Positions 1-13,511 of a stretch of DNA of 64,000 nucleotides are shown piece by piece. Within the stretch, counting starts at the first letter, position 1; every line of letters begins with the position of its first letter. The notes beneath the pieces are model-generated. The model had not been told where the DNA came from and ran no database searches. It saw nothing but the letters and a program-made list of their open reading frames with translations. Origin of the DNA: Patescibacteria group bacterium (lineage in GTDB: Bacteria; Patescibacteriota; Microgenomatia; UBA10105; UBA927); the NCBI GenBank assembly GCA_049322955.1, contig JBMOPU010000012.1, forward strand, positions 311,032-375,031. The letters run 5' to 3'. The translations under genes were made by a program, and so were the position numbers.

Positions 1-3196
<3,196 letters not shown>

Positions 3197-3217
3197 TTAA
3201 ATGAGTATTTTCACGAA

Positions 3218-3245
3218 TTCCCGCATAATAATATTTAGCTTCATT
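3218..3245. promoter_or_regulatory. dif-like 28-bp sequence (putative)
   Basis: TTCCCGCATAA-TAATAT-TTAGCTTCATT versus E. coli dif GGTGCGCATAA-TGTATA-TTATGTTAAAT; 11-6-11 layout with a degenerate right arm. Confidence 0.3.
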
Positions 3246-3749
3246 TATATATATCAATTTATATCATTGCTCAATTATTTTTGATTTATAATTCATGGTA
3301 ATGCCGCAATGTCATGATGACATGTAGGGAAAAACGCGGTTATCGTTTGGAGCCTTGTGACAGCCTTAATTCGTATTAGCCCTATAGTGCACTAGTGATA
3401 AGTCTTATAGTATATAATGGGTGTGAAAGCGATCCGGGTGAGCGAATGAATATCCTCTACGGTTTTTTTATCCTCAATCACGGAAACCATCAGAGGCAAA
3501 TAGGGTGGTTGGCAAATCTGTTTGATCAGTGCTAACTTTGTATCAGCCTATTAGAACGTGCTATATATTATTTATGGATCAAAAGTGTTTAACAGACAGC
3601 GTATATCTTCCTTCCGAGAATAAAATATATGATTGATTTTTTATTTTTTTCTTGTCAAAACAAGCTAAAATTCGCTACATTCCAAAAATTCCTCTTGCTT
3701 CCTCCGTATAACTCGGTATACTTAAGTGGCACGTTTGGAGTGCACGTCT

Positions 3750-6284
3750 ATGTCAGATAAGTATCCGCATGTCGAAATTGAGGCTAAATGGCAGAAGACC
3801 TGGAGTGATGAAAAAGTCTATACCATTGACCTTGCAAAGGCTAAAAAGCCGTTCTATAACCTCATGATGTTTCCGTATCCTTCTGCGGAAGGCTTGCATG
3901 TCGGCAATATGTATGCATTCACCGGGACTGATATATACGGACGTTTCATGCGCATGCAAGGGTATGATGTATTTGAGCCGATCGGTCTCGACGGCTTTGG
4001 TATCCATAGTGAGAATTATGCGTTTAAAGTAGGAAAACACCCGGTAGAACAAGCGAAACGCAGTGAACAGAACTTCTATCGTCAACTTTCGCTCATAGGG
4101 TCCATGTATGACTGGTCCCGAACGGTGGAGACGTATGATCCCGGATATTATCGGTGGACGCAGTGGTTGTTTGTCCAGATGTTTCGTCACGGACTCGCAT
4201 ATCGCGCAAAAGCGGAGGTGAATTGGTGCCCTTCGTGTAAAACGGTCTTGGCCGATGAACAGGTGATTGAAGAAAAATGCGAAAGATGCGGGAATATTGT
4301 CACAAAAAGAGCATTAGAACAGTGGTTTTTTAGAATTACCGCATATGCGGGAAAACTGCTGGAAAATATTTCGAAGCTAAAATGGTCAGAAAAAGTATTG
4401 GTTGCCCAAGAGCATTGGATCGGGAAAAAAGAGGGGATTAACATCACCTACCCCGTTGTGGACGAAAAAGGAAACAATATTGGCGAGGTTATATGTTTTA
4501 CTACAAGACCGGATACCAATTTTGGTGCCACATTCATCGTTTTGGCTCCCGAGCACCCCTTTATCAGTACCATTGAAAGAGTGATAAAAAAGGAAAATCT
4601 TGCTCTGTTGCGCCAATATATAAAAGAAACCCAAAAAATGTCTTCCGAGGATCGTATCGCGCAGGGGAGAAAAAAGACAGGAGTTGCTACGGGTTTGTAC
4701 TGTATTAATCAACTTACAGGACAAAAGGTTCCTCTTTATATCTCCGATTTCGTCGTGATGGGAGTGGGTACGGGGGCTGTTGTTGGTGTCCCGGGACATG
4801 ATCTCCGAGATTTTGAGTTTGCGCAATCCATGGGATTACCGGTTGTCCGTGTGGTTGTGGGTGCAGACGGAAATACAGGTCCCATTACGAAACCGGACCA
4901 GGTACAGGAGGATGAAGGTATCATGATTAACTCCGATTTTCTGGATGGGGTGGCGATAACAGAAGCCATCGAAAAGATGAAAGATCATTTAGAACAAAAA
5001 GGCTGGGGAAAGCGTGTCACTACGTATCATTTGCGAGATTGGCTCATCAGTCGTCAACGATATTGGGGTCCTCCCATACCGATGATCCGTTGCGGTACGT
5101 GTGAGAAGGCCGGCAAAGGAGAACGTGCCGACATGCCGGGCTGGTACACTGTTCCGGATGATCAGCTACCGGTGACGCTTCCCGTTATTGAAGATTATAA
5201 ACCGGGAGATGACGGGGTTGCTCCTCTTGCAAAACATAAGGAATTCTATGAAACTACCTGTCCCGGATGCGGAGGCAAAGCAACCAGAGAGACGGATGTT
5301 TCTGATACATTTTTAGATAGTTCGTGGTACTTTTTACGATATCCTTCCGTCGGTTCTTTGACGGCTGATACTAGTCCATTTGATCCCGCACTCACGAAAC
5401 AATGGCTACCGGTAAGCATGTACACCGGAGGAGCAGAGCATAGTGTTCTGCATCTTATGTACAGCAGATTTGTGACCATGGCGCTCAAGGAGTGGGGGTA
5501 TCTTGATTTTGATGAGCCGTTTCCAAACTTTTTTGCGCATGGACTGGTGATCAAAGAGGGCGCCAAGATGAGCAAAAGTAAAGGAAACGTCGTCAATCCC
5601 GATGAGTATATCAAACTATATGGAACAGATGCTCTGCGGATGTATCTTATGTTCATGGGACCCTTCTCCGAAGGAGGAGATTTTCGGGATACGGGGATGG
5701 AGGGGATGTCCCGATGGGTCGGAAGAGTTTGGCGCATGGCAACAGCCTCATTAGAATCTGGCACTGCCATTGATACGAGTGCTGTCGTACTGAAATCGCT
5801 TCATAAAACCATCAAGAAGGTAGGTGAGGATACCGCCAAAAGACATTACAATACGGCAATCGCGGCCATGATGGAGTTCACAAATTTGGTGAATGACCAT
5901 GGTGGCACTCTTCCTGTGCCGTTGCTAAAAATGTTTCTGCTTATTCTGGCGCCCTATGCGCCGCATCTTGCCGAGGAACTTTGGTCGCGTGCCGAGGCAG
6001 TTGAACACGGTGATGCAAAAGGGAACGCGTTCCGATCCATTCACCAACAGTCTTGGCCGGTTTTTGATCCGCAATATCTTACCGAAGAGAGTATTACCGT
6101 TGTGGTGCAGGTAAATGGCAAAACAAAAGGATCAATAGTGATTGATACGGAAAGTGCTAGTTTTCAAGAAAAAATTGAGGCCGCTGTCCGTGATTCGGCA
6201 AAAATGCGGAAGTATATTGAAGCGGGTGACATCCGTAAAATAATCTTTGTTCCCGGAAGGCTTATCAACTTTGTCCTCTCCTGA
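3750..6284 (+). CDS. leuS: Leucine--tRNA ligase
   Basis: MFPYPSAEGLHVGN (HIGH-like), FTTRPDT editing domain, WLISRQRYWG, KMSKS. Start could be the GTG at 3726. Confidence 0.97.
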   Translation: MSDKYPHVEIEAKWQKTWSDEKVYTIDLAKAKKPFYNLMMFPYPSAEGLHVGNMYAFTGTDIYGRFMRMQGYDVFEPIGLDGFGIHSENYAFKVGKHPVEQAKRSEQNFYRQLSLIGSMYDWSRTVETYDPGYYRWTQWLFVQMFRHGLAYRAKAEVNWCPSCKTVLADEQVIEEKCERCGNIVTKRALEQWFFRITAYAGKLLENISKLKWSEKVLVAQEHWIGKKEGINITYPVVDEKGNNIGEVICFTTRPDTNFGATFIVLAPEHPFISTIERVIKKENLALLRQYIKETQKMSSEDRIAQGRKKTGVATGLYCINQLTGQKVPLYISDFVVMGVGTGAVVGVPGHDLRDFEFAQSMGLPVVRVVVGADGNTGPITKPDQVQEDEGIMINSDFLDGVAITEAIEKMKDHLEQKGWGKRVTTYHLRDWLISRQRYWGPPIPMIRCGTCEKAGKGERADMPGWYTVPDDQLPVTLPVIEDYKPGDDGVAPLAKHKEFYETTCPGCGGKATRETDVSDTFLDSSWYFLRYPSVGSLTADTSPFDPALTKQWLPVSMYTGGAEHSVLHLMYSRFVTMALKEWGYLDFDEPFPNFFAHGLVIKEGAKMSKSKGNVVNPDEYIKLYGTDALRMYLMFMGPFSEGGDFRDTGMEGMSRWVGRVWRMATASLESGTAIDTSAVVLKSLHKTIKKVGEDTAKRHYNTAIAAMMEFTNLVNDHGGTLPVPLLKMFLLILAPYAPHLAEELWSRAEAVEHGDAKGNAFRSIHQQSWPVFDPQYLTEESITVVVQVNGKTKGSIVIDTESASFQEKIEAAVRDSAKMRKYIEAGDIRKIIFVPGRLINFVLS

Positions 6285-6347
6285 GGGTTTCGTTTCCGTG
6301 CGTTATCGTACTGCAGTTGGTATTTTCTCGTGATCTAATGATGGCAT

Positions 6348-6953
6348 ATGCCTCACGAGGGAGGGGATCCTTCAGTGTCTGCGGTGTGGCAGATCTATCA
6401 TGTCCCGATTGTTTTGGGAATCTTCAGTCTTCTTTTTATAGTTCTTTCTATAACAATCTTTATAAAAACCTATCAGGATGTTTCTCCTATAGAATTTCGT
6501 GACGGTAATGAAACGGCAACCGGAGCGGCCGAATTGTCTTCAGAAACCAGCATCCTTGTCGACATTCAAGGAGCAATTGTGGCGCCGGGAGTGTACCGGT
6601 TATCGCAGGGCGCCCGGGTGAATGATCTTTTGACCCTCGCCGGCGGTTTTTTGGCGGATGCCGACACGCCGCGAATCAACAAAACACTGAACCGGGCCGC
6701 AATTCTTTCAGACGGTGCCAAGATTTACATCCCTTTTCTCGACGAAGCGACCCCTGCAGATTTGCAGAAATCGCTTATGATATCCATCAATACCGCCAGT
6801 GCCGCGGAATTGGAATCTCTGCCGGGTGTCGGATCAGTTATCGCGGAAAAAATTATTGCCGCGCGGCCGTACTCATCACTTGAAGAATTGGTGCAAAAAA
6901 CGGTGATGTCGGCCTCTCTTTTTGACAAATGCAAAGAACGGCTTGTTTTGTAA
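6348..6953 (+). CDS. comEA: ComEA family DNA uptake receptor (TM, SLBB, HhH)
   Basis: VDIQGAIVAPGVY (SLBB); ISINTASAAELESLPGVG (helix-hairpin-helix). Confidence 0.9.
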   Translation: MPHEGGDPSVSAVWQIYHVPIVLGIFSLLFIVLSITIFIKTYQDVSPIEFRDGNETATGAAELSSETSILVDIQGAIVAPGVYRLSQGARVNDLLTLAGGFLADADTPRINKTLNRAAILSDGAKIYIPFLDEATPADLQKSLMISINTASAAELESLPGVGSVIAEKIIAARPYSSLEELVQKTVMSASLFDKCKERLVL

Positions 6954-6956
6954 AAT

Positions 6957-7778
6957 ATGGATCTCTTCAGCGTCAGCGGCTTTGAACGAGTACTTACACG
7001 GGTACTTCCAGAACCGCATGCCGGGCTCATGTCCGGGCTGTTATTTGGCTCCAAAGTGTCACTTTCGCCTGAGTTTATCGAAGCGTTAACGCGAAGCGGC
7101 ACCCTCCATATCGTGGCGTTATCAGGGATGAATATTGCCATTATTGCCAGGCTTATGGAGACAAGTATCGCGTCCGTATGGGGCAAACGCCCGGCGACAC
7201 TAGGTACACTTATGGGTATTGTCTGGTTTGTTTGGTTTGTGGGACCGAGTCCTTCGCTCGTCCGGGCGGCTATCATGGGGGGGATAGCCCTCATGGCGCA
7301 TTTATTCGGACGGCAATACTGGGGGCTCGTGGCTTGGGCGGTGACGGTATGCAGTATGCTCATCATCAACAGAGAGTGGAGTAAGGATCTTTCTTTTCAA
7401 TTATCGGCGCTTGCAACATTGGGGATTATTCTTTTTGGCGGGGGACAGGAAAACGTTGGGGCAAAAAAAAGCTTAGCTGGCAAAGTGTTAGCGGCGGTCA
7501 CGGAAAATATCCGACTGACTCTTGCGGCACAACTGTTTACGGTTCCGCTTATCTTCTGGCAATTCCAGAGGATTTCATTTATCGCTCCGCTATCCAACCT
7601 TATGATCGGATGGATCATCGCACCCCTAACGATTCTCGGTTGGCTGACCGTTTTGGCGGGATTTTTGTGGTTTCCGTTGAGTTATAGCTTATCCTGGTTT
7701 GATTGGATTTTATTGGAATATGTTATCCGGACGGTCTATCTGATGGGTTCTTTCCCATTAGGCAGTCTTGGTCGTTAA
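6957..7778 (+). CDS. comEC: ComEC/Rec2 competence membrane domain (stand-alone)
   Basis: HIVALSGMN, PSLVRAAIMG and SFQLS motifs; polytopic membrane protein. Confidence 0.9.
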   Translation: MDLFSVSGFERVLTRVLPEPHAGLMSGLLFGSKVSLSPEFIEALTRSGTLHIVALSGMNIAIIARLMETSIASVWGKRPATLGTLMGIVWFVWFVGPSPSLVRAAIMGGIALMAHLFGRQYWGLVAWAVTVCSMLIINREWSKDLSFQLSALATLGIILFGGGQENVGAKKSLAGKVLAAVTENIRLTLAAQLFTVPLIFWQFQRISFIAPLSNLMIGWIIAPLTILGWLTVLAGFLWFPLSYSLSWFDWILLEYVIRTVYLMGSFPLGSLGR

Positions 7779-7933
7779 CTATAACAAAACATATCTACTC
7801 ATGGCTGAAGTATTATTGTCGCTAAAGCCCTGTTTTGTTTGTTATAGGTTTTATGTATTTGATTGTATATTTTGATAATCACAGGATTGTATGCAATAAC
7901 TGTTCATTTAATGAATATGAAAAGAGGTGAATC

Positions 7934-8845
7934 ATGAAGCCGTTGTATTTTGCATACGGTATTCTCGGATTTGCTACAGGTTTTGTACTTTTATTGCATT
8001 TTCTTACGTCACTTCCCGACGGAAAGTTGTATTTGGTCTTTTGTGACGTCGGTCAGGGGGACGCGATATACGCCCGATTGCCCGACGGACGGGACATGCT
8101 CGTTGACGGCGGTCCCAATGAAAAAGTGATCGGTTGTCTTTCCCGACACATGCCTTTTTGGGATAGAACGATTGACCTGGTGTTTCTGACGCATCCGGAA
8201 CGGGATCATATGCAGGGGCTTAACGCGGTTATTGCCCGTTACTCAGTAGGGTCGTTCGTGACGGCACCTTCTCCCGTCTCAAACGAGTTACATAGTCAGT
8301 TGCTGACCATACTTGCAAAAGAAGGCGTTCCGATCAGGCGAGTGACTGCAGGATCGGCGGTGGAGATAGGAGATGTTGCTATTGCCGTCCTATGGCCGTC
8401 GGATGCCTATATTACCCGTATCTCGTCATATGCCGTTTCACCCGGGAGTGCGGTACTGGGTGCTACCGCAAATCTGAACGAAGGTTCATTGGTAACTCGG
8501 ATGACGTACGGCGATTTTTCACTTTTGCTTCCCGGTGATGCCGATACGGCCGTCGAGTCAGAGTATCTACGAAACACGCCGTTAGCAACAAGACCGGTGA
8601 CAGTGCTAAAGGTGCCGCATCACGGGAGTAAGACGGGAATAAGCGAATCATTCTTAAAACGGCTTCAGCCTGATCTGGCAATTCTTTCGGTGGGTAAAAA
8701 TTCCTACGGCCATCCGTCACCGATAGTTCTTGGGTTGTTAGCAGATAATCATATTCGAGTGCTACGTACCGATCAGGAAGGGGATATTCAAATCATCAGC
8801 GATGGCGACAGTTGGAAGGTTGTGCCATCCGGTATGCGTCAGTGA
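7934..8845 (+). CDS. ComEC-type metallo-beta-lactamase fold protein (separately encoded)
   Basis: DVGQGD, THPERDH and KVPHHGS motifs; N-terminal TM; SD AAGAGGTGA. Confidence 0.88.
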   Translation: MKPLYFAYGILGFATGFVLLLHFLTSLPDGKLYLVFCDVGQGDAIYARLPDGRDMLVDGGPNEKVIGCLSRHMPFWDRTIDLVFLTHPERDHMQGLNAVIARYSVGSFVTAPSPVSNELHSQLLTILAKEGVPIRRVTAGSAVEIGDVAIAVLWPSDAYITRISSYAVSPGSAVLGATANLNEGSLVTRMTYGDFSLLLPGDADTAVESEYLRNTPLATRPVTVLKVPHHGSKTGISESFLKRLQPDLAILSVGKNSYGHPSPIVLGLLADNHIRVLRTDQEGDIQIISDGDSWKVVPSGMRQ

Positions 8846-8872
8846 CGATTCGGGAGGGGTTTTCCCTCAGTG

Positions 8873-9301
8873 CTACCACCACGACTGGTTGGGGAAAAAA
8901 TGTTCCTCTACCGCAAGATCATATTCCTGTTCACTGTCATATTTTTCATACCAGGAAAGAATTGTTTCCAGTTGGTGGCGTCTGAGCCTGGTCATGCGGT
9001 CAACCCATGATATTTCCGAATCCAGTATGCCGCGAAGAATATCCCGGTTAACAAATTGCGGTGCGGATGCGTTCTTTGCCGATGTGTGCGCCGCTTCTGC
9101 GGCTTTGGCGATCGTTTCGATTGCGTCGTCGTCATATCGCATGTTTCGCAACAGTGTGGGAATACGTCTGTTCCGTTTTGTTTCGAGGGCCAGGGCGGCC
9201 GCCTGGGCGGTAACCGATGCGGGGTAGTTACGGCTCACATCGCTAAACAGACGCATCGCTTCTTGGTGTTTTGATGGAAGGCGCGAATGATATCGTTCCA
9301 T
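8873..9301 (-). CDS. Hypothetical protein
   Basis: 142-aa ORF filling the gap; no recognised motif. Confidence 0.6.
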   Translation of the reverse strand: MERYHSRLPSKHQEAMRLFSDVSRNYPASVTAQAAALALETKRNRRIPTLLRNMRYDDDAIETIAKAAEAAHTSAKNASAPQFVNRDILRGILDSEISWVDRMTRLRRHQLETILSWYEKYDSEQEYDLAVEEHFFPNQSWW

Positions 9302-9358
9302 TGTTCAACGTCCCTTTTGGTCGGGGAATGAAGATATTTTACGATATCTTTTGATCAC

Positions 9359-9387
9359 TTGACAACATGTACATCCTGTAGTAAAGT
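9359..9387 (+). promoter_or_regulatory. Sigma70-type promoter of the arg operon leader
   Basis: TTGACA-17 bp-TAAAGT. Confidence 0.7.
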
Positions 9388-9399
9388 ATTCGCACAAGT

Positions 9400-9640
9400 G
9401 AATAGGCGATGATGGTGTCGAGCACCGGAGCCGGTTTCTGAAGAAAGGATCCCTCCTCATCGGCGGGAGACAAGTAAGAAACAGTAGTTGAGGGAAAAGA
9501 TATCTTCCGTCAAGGCATATACGGGGATTTTTTGTTTTTTTACAAAACAATCTTTTCCGAACTTGGGGTGGCACCACGCGAACACACGTCCCCTTGGACT
9601 TCTCTCGGTCTTTACCGGGAGAGATCCAAGGGGATTTTTT
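9400..9640 (+). promoter_or_regulatory. T-box riboswitch leader
   Basis: T-box AACTTGGGGTGGCACCACG (9560-9578). Antiterminator GGGG-TGGCACC-ACG...CGT-CCCC overlaps a long terminator. GCGATGA 5' motif and CCGTCA F-box-like word are present. Confidence 0.85.
9589..9640 (+). terminator. Intrinsic terminator of the T-box attenuator
   Basis: TCCCCTTGGA CTTCTCTCGGT...ACCGGGAGAG ATCCAAGGGGA followed by TTTTTT. Confidence 0.85.
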
Positions 9641-9674
9641 GTGGGTTTGATGACACGGTAACGTATCAAAAATT

Positions 9675-11198
9675 ATGAAAACTCAACCGATGACAACGTT
9701 ATGGGGAAGCGCATTTACACAAATGCCGTCAGGTGCGGTGCTGTCTTTTACCGCGGGGCGTGATACCGCCGATATTCCCATGGCCGACACGGCGCTATTG
9801 CCGTATGACGTCTGGGTGAACACCGCCCATGTCGTCATGCTCGCCAAAACCAAATGTATCCCCGTGGGTTCTGCAACAAAACTTCTTTCCGGTCTTGCGG
9901 CACTGGAAAAACTTGTTGATGCGGGCAAATTTCCCCTGGATCCTCTCAAGGAAGACGTCCACACCAACGTCGAAGCATGGTTAACCGAGGAGTTGGGAAG
10001 CGCTGTTGCGGGCACGCTCCACACGGCAAGAAGCAGAAATGATCAGATCGTTTGCGATATGCGACTCTTCATGCGGGACGGGGCGATAACGGTTATTGAA
10101 AATACCCTGGTGCTCATCAAGACATTGCTTGCCAAAGCCGAAAAAACAAAAGGAATAGTCATGCCGGGTTTTACGCATCATCAGCATGCCATGGTGACGA
10201 CGTTGGGGCATGTATTGTCGGGATTTGCGGCTATGTTGCTTCGTGATGTCGAACGTTTTGAAGCGTGGTACGAACGGTATAACCATAGCCCGTTGGGCAA
10301 TATGGCATCGTACGGGACAAGTTATCCCATTGATAAAAAAATGACGGCCGAGTGTCTGGGGTTTGACGGCCCCGACTATCATTCGATCGATGCCATTACC
10401 AACCGCTGGGAGGCGGAAGCGGATTTGGCATTTGCCGTAACGGTGCTTATGAACCACCTCTCGACCGTTTCAGAAACCCTTGTCCTGCTTTCGATGACGG
10501 AATTCGGCATGGTGACGATACACGAAACATATAGTACGGGAAGCTCGGTGATGCCGCAGAAGAAAAATCCCGATGTGCTGGAGGTCGTTAAAGGGAAAGC
10601 CGCACTGGTAAGCGGGCAACTGATGAGTCTTGTCGCCCTGGGTAAAGGATCCTTCATCGGCTATAACCGGGATTCACAGTGGGCAAAATATATCATCATG
10701 GATGTTTTGCGCGAGTGTAGTGCCGCTCCCGTGCTCATTTCCGGGGTAATCGGGACAATGACCGTCAATGAGAAAGCAATGGCATCGTGGTGTCACACAG
10801 GAGGCATCGGTGCGACGGTACTTATGGAACAACTTGCGCAGACCTCCAGGCTTCCTCTGCGTCAGGCTAAAACGGTGGTGGAACAGGCGATAAAGGAGTG
10901 CGGCAATACGGGGACGATCACCCATTCTTCCCTTATTGGCGCCATGAAAGACCAATCGCGTACCTCTTTTCCTCCCGCGGCAGAACAGGTGATGGCCTGG
11001 CAGGATCCGCATACGATGGTGGGGTTGATGAAATCACTGGGAAGCCCCGGCAAGAAAAGTATGAAAACGGTACTAAAAAAGCTTACGCGAACTCTGCATC
11101 AGGATATAACTTGGCTCGGGAAGCAAAAACAACACCTCCACGAGGCAAAAGCGAAGCTGAACGATATGAAGGCCGCGTTGATGAAAGGAGGTGAATAA
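9675..11198 (+). CDS. argH: Argininosuccinate lyase
   Basis: EDVH, HTARSRNDQ, MPGFTH and GSSVMPQKKNPD signature. Confidence 0.92.
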   Translation: MKTQPMTTLWGSAFTQMPSGAVLSFTAGRDTADIPMADTALLPYDVWVNTAHVVMLAKTKCIPVGSATKLLSGLAALEKLVDAGKFPLDPLKEDVHTNVEAWLTEELGSAVAGTLHTARSRNDQIVCDMRLFMRDGAITVIENTLVLIKTLLAKAEKTKGIVMPGFTHHQHAMVTTLGHVLSGFAAMLLRDVERFEAWYERYNHSPLGNMASYGTSYPIDKKMTAECLGFDGPDYHSIDAITNRWEAEADLAFAVTVLMNHLSTVSETLVLLSMTEFGMVTIHETYSTGSSVMPQKKNPDVLEVVKGKAALVSGQLMSLVALGKGSFIGYNRDSQWAKYIIMDVLRECSAAPVLISGVIGTMTVNEKAMASWCHTGGIGATVLMEQLAQTSRLPLRQAKTVVEQAIKECGNTGTITHSSLIGAMKDQSRTSFPPAAEQVMAWQDPHTMVGLMKSLGSPGKKSMKTVLKKLTRTLHQDITWLGKQKQHLHEAKAKLNDMKAALMKGGE

Positions 11199-11200
11199 CT

Positions 11201-12448
11201 ATGAAACAACAAACAACGTATCAAAAGGTCGCCTCATATGAGGCGAAAAAAGGAAAAATTAAAAAAGTGTTATTACTCTATAGCGGCGGACTTGATACAA
11301 GCGTCATGCTCAAATGGATCATCGATACCTACGGTGTCGAGGTGATTACGCTTACCATGGACTTGGGACAACAGGGGGATGATCTTCTCGCCATTCAAAA
11401 AAAAGCGCGCAAATTCGGTGCAAAGAAAGCAATTGTCATGGATGTGAAAGATGAATTCGCGGAAAAGTATATAAGTTGGGGGATTAAGGCAAACGCCAGT
11501 TATCAGGGCGAGTATCACCTTTCTACCCCCATCGGTCGTGCCATAACGGCGGCCAAGGCTATTGAGGTGGCGGCCATGGTGGGCGCCGATGTCGTGGCAC
11601 ACGGCTGTACCGGAAAAGGGAATGATCAGGTGCGGTTCGAGGGCTATATGTTAGCGCTTAATCCCGCAATCAAAATCATCGCGCCCGTTCGTGAATGGAA
11701 CATGGACAGGAATGAAGAAATCGCGTATGCGGAAAAACACGGGATTCCCGTGCCCGCATCCGTCGATTTTCCCTACAGCGTTGATGACAATATGTGGGGA
11801 ATGACCTGGGAAGGCGGGGAGATTGAAGACCCGAAGTATATTCCCAAGATAGAAAAATTTTTGACGACCTATACGCTTGCCAAGCATGCTCCTGATACCG
11901 AAGAGTTTGTCACAATCACCTTCACAAAAGGTATTCCGACAAAGCTCAACGGGAAGTCTATGAAACTTGCTTCTCTTATTACCGCGTTAAACGGTATTGC
12001 AGGCAAACACGGGGTCGGGGTTGTCCATCTGGTCGAGGATCGGTTGATCGGGTTAAAAGACCGCGGGGTCTATGAGTTGCCTGCGGGACACGTCATTATC
12101 AGTGCCCATAAGGCGCTCGAACAATACGTATCGACAAGGGATCTCAATGAGTTGAAAAATCAGCTCGACATCAAATGGGCATATCTTTGTTATGGTGCGA
12201 AATGGTTTGATCCTGTTATGACGGCAATCAATGCGTTCAACGATACCGTCAATAAGATGGTAAGCGGGGAAGTAACCGTGAAGTTGTATAAAGGTACGGC
12301 GACCGTGGTTGCCATGCAATCGCCGTATGCGATGCACCATGCATCATTTACGACCGCCGGAGGCTACCAGTACAATGTGAATGCCAGCGCGGGATTTATC
12401 GAGGTGTACTCACTGCAGATGAAGCTCGCCAACCAGCGGAGAACATAA
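11201..12448 (+). CDS. argG: Argininosuccinate synthase
   Basis: YSGGLDTS, HGCTGKGNDQVRF and SVDDNMWG; SD AAAGGAGGTGA. Confidence 0.96.
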   Translation: MKQQTTYQKVASYEAKKGKIKKVLLLYSGGLDTSVMLKWIIDTYGVEVITLTMDLGQQGDDLLAIQKKARKFGAKKAIVMDVKDEFAEKYISWGIKANASYQGEYHLSTPIGRAITAAKAIEVAAMVGADVVAHGCTGKGNDQVRFEGYMLALNPAIKIIAPVREWNMDRNEEIAYAEKHGIPVPASVDFPYSVDDNMWGMTWEGGEIEDPKYIPKIEKFLTTYTLAKHAPDTEEFVTITFTKGIPTKLNGKSMKLASLITALNGIAGKHGVGVVHLVEDRLIGLKDRGVYELPAGHVIISAHKALEQYVSTRDLNELKNQLDIKWAYLCYGAKWFDPVMTAINAFNDTVNKMVSGEVTVKLYKGTATVVAMQSPYAMHHASFTTAGGYQYNVNASAGFIEVYSLQMKLANQRRT

Positions 12449-12514
12449 TGAAGGGAATCCGGAAAGGGAGGTTCTCGAGGCCTCCCGCTCCGGTACGACG
12501 AAGAAAGGAGTACG

Positions 12515-13507
12515 ATGAAGCTATCACTCAAAGGAAAAGATTTTATTGCAGAACAGGAATGGAGCAAAGCAGAGCTTCAGGCCGCTATTTCTTTGGCAAT
12601 CACCCTAAAGAAGAAATTTCGCCTGAAACAGCCGACCCCATATCTATTGCATCAAACGCTCTATCTGTTATTTTTTTTCAGCTCAACCCGGACGCGCACC
12701 AGTTTTGAAGCGGCGATGGATCACTTGGGCGGTAACTCGCATGATCTTACCCCCGACAAGCTCCAGATTGCCCATGGAGATACGCCGAAAGAGATAGGAA
12801 AGATTCTTTCTTCCTACGGGCATGGCATTGCCATACGGCATTGTGATTGGGGCGAAGGGAATGCGTATATCCGTGAGGTTGCCAAACACTCGACGGCGCC
12901 GGTTTTTAACATGCAGTGCGATATCTACCATCCGTTTCAAGCAATGGCAGACCTTATGACGATTCTTGAAAAGAAAAAAACGGTAAAGAACAAAAAAATC
13001 GTCATGTCCTGGGCGTACGCCAATAGCTACACCAAGCCGATATCGGTGCCGCAGTCGTTTTTGTTGCTTTTGACGAAATTCGGTGCGGATATTACGCTGG
13101 CACATCCTAAAGAGTTTATGCTCATGCCCGAGGTTATGGCGCAGGCGACGGAGAACGCCAGGCAAACGGGAGGGTCGGTCGCCGTGACCCATAGCATGGA
13201 AGAAGCATTTACCGACGCGGATGTGGTCTATCCCAAAAGCTGGGGACCGCTCGTTACGACGAGTGACCCCAAAAAATGCACGCGCATTGCGGCAAAATAC
13301 AAACACTGGATATGTGACGAACGGATGATGAGGTTAGCCAAAAAAGATGCCATTTATATGCACTGTCTGCCTGCCGATCGCGGGGTGGAGGTAACGGATG
13401 CCGTTATTGATGGTGCACAATCGGTAGTGTATGATCAGGCGGAAAATCGAATGCATGTACAAAAAGCGATTCTCGCGCTTACCATGGGGAATAAAAAATT
13501 GATATAA
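12515..13507 (+). CDS. Knotted (YgeW/ArgF'-like) transcarbamylase
   Basis: SSTRT, HPFQAMAD, SWAYANSYTKPISVPQS (YgeW-type loop), VYPKSW, HCLPAD. Confidence 0.8.
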   Translation: MKLSLKGKDFIAEQEWSKAELQAAISLAITLKKKFRLKQPTPYLLHQTLYLLFFFSSTRTRTSFEAAMDHLGGNSHDLTPDKLQIAHGDTPKEIGKILSSYGHGIAIRHCDWGEGNAYIREVAKHSTAPVFNMQCDIYHPFQAMADLMTILEKKKTVKNKKIVMSWAYANSYTKPISVPQSFLLLLTKFGADITLAHPKEFMLMPEVMAQATENARQTGGSVAVTHSMEEAFTDADVVYPKSWGPLVTTSDPKKCTRIAAKYKHWICDERMMRLAKKDAIYMHCLPADRGVEVTDAVIDGAQSVVYDQAENRMHVQKAILALTMGNKKLI

Positions 13508-13511
13508 CCGT

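Noticed and set aside
3400-3749. T-box upstream of leuS
   Set aside because: No GGTGGNACC motif or terminator; a TATACT box lies directly before the gene.
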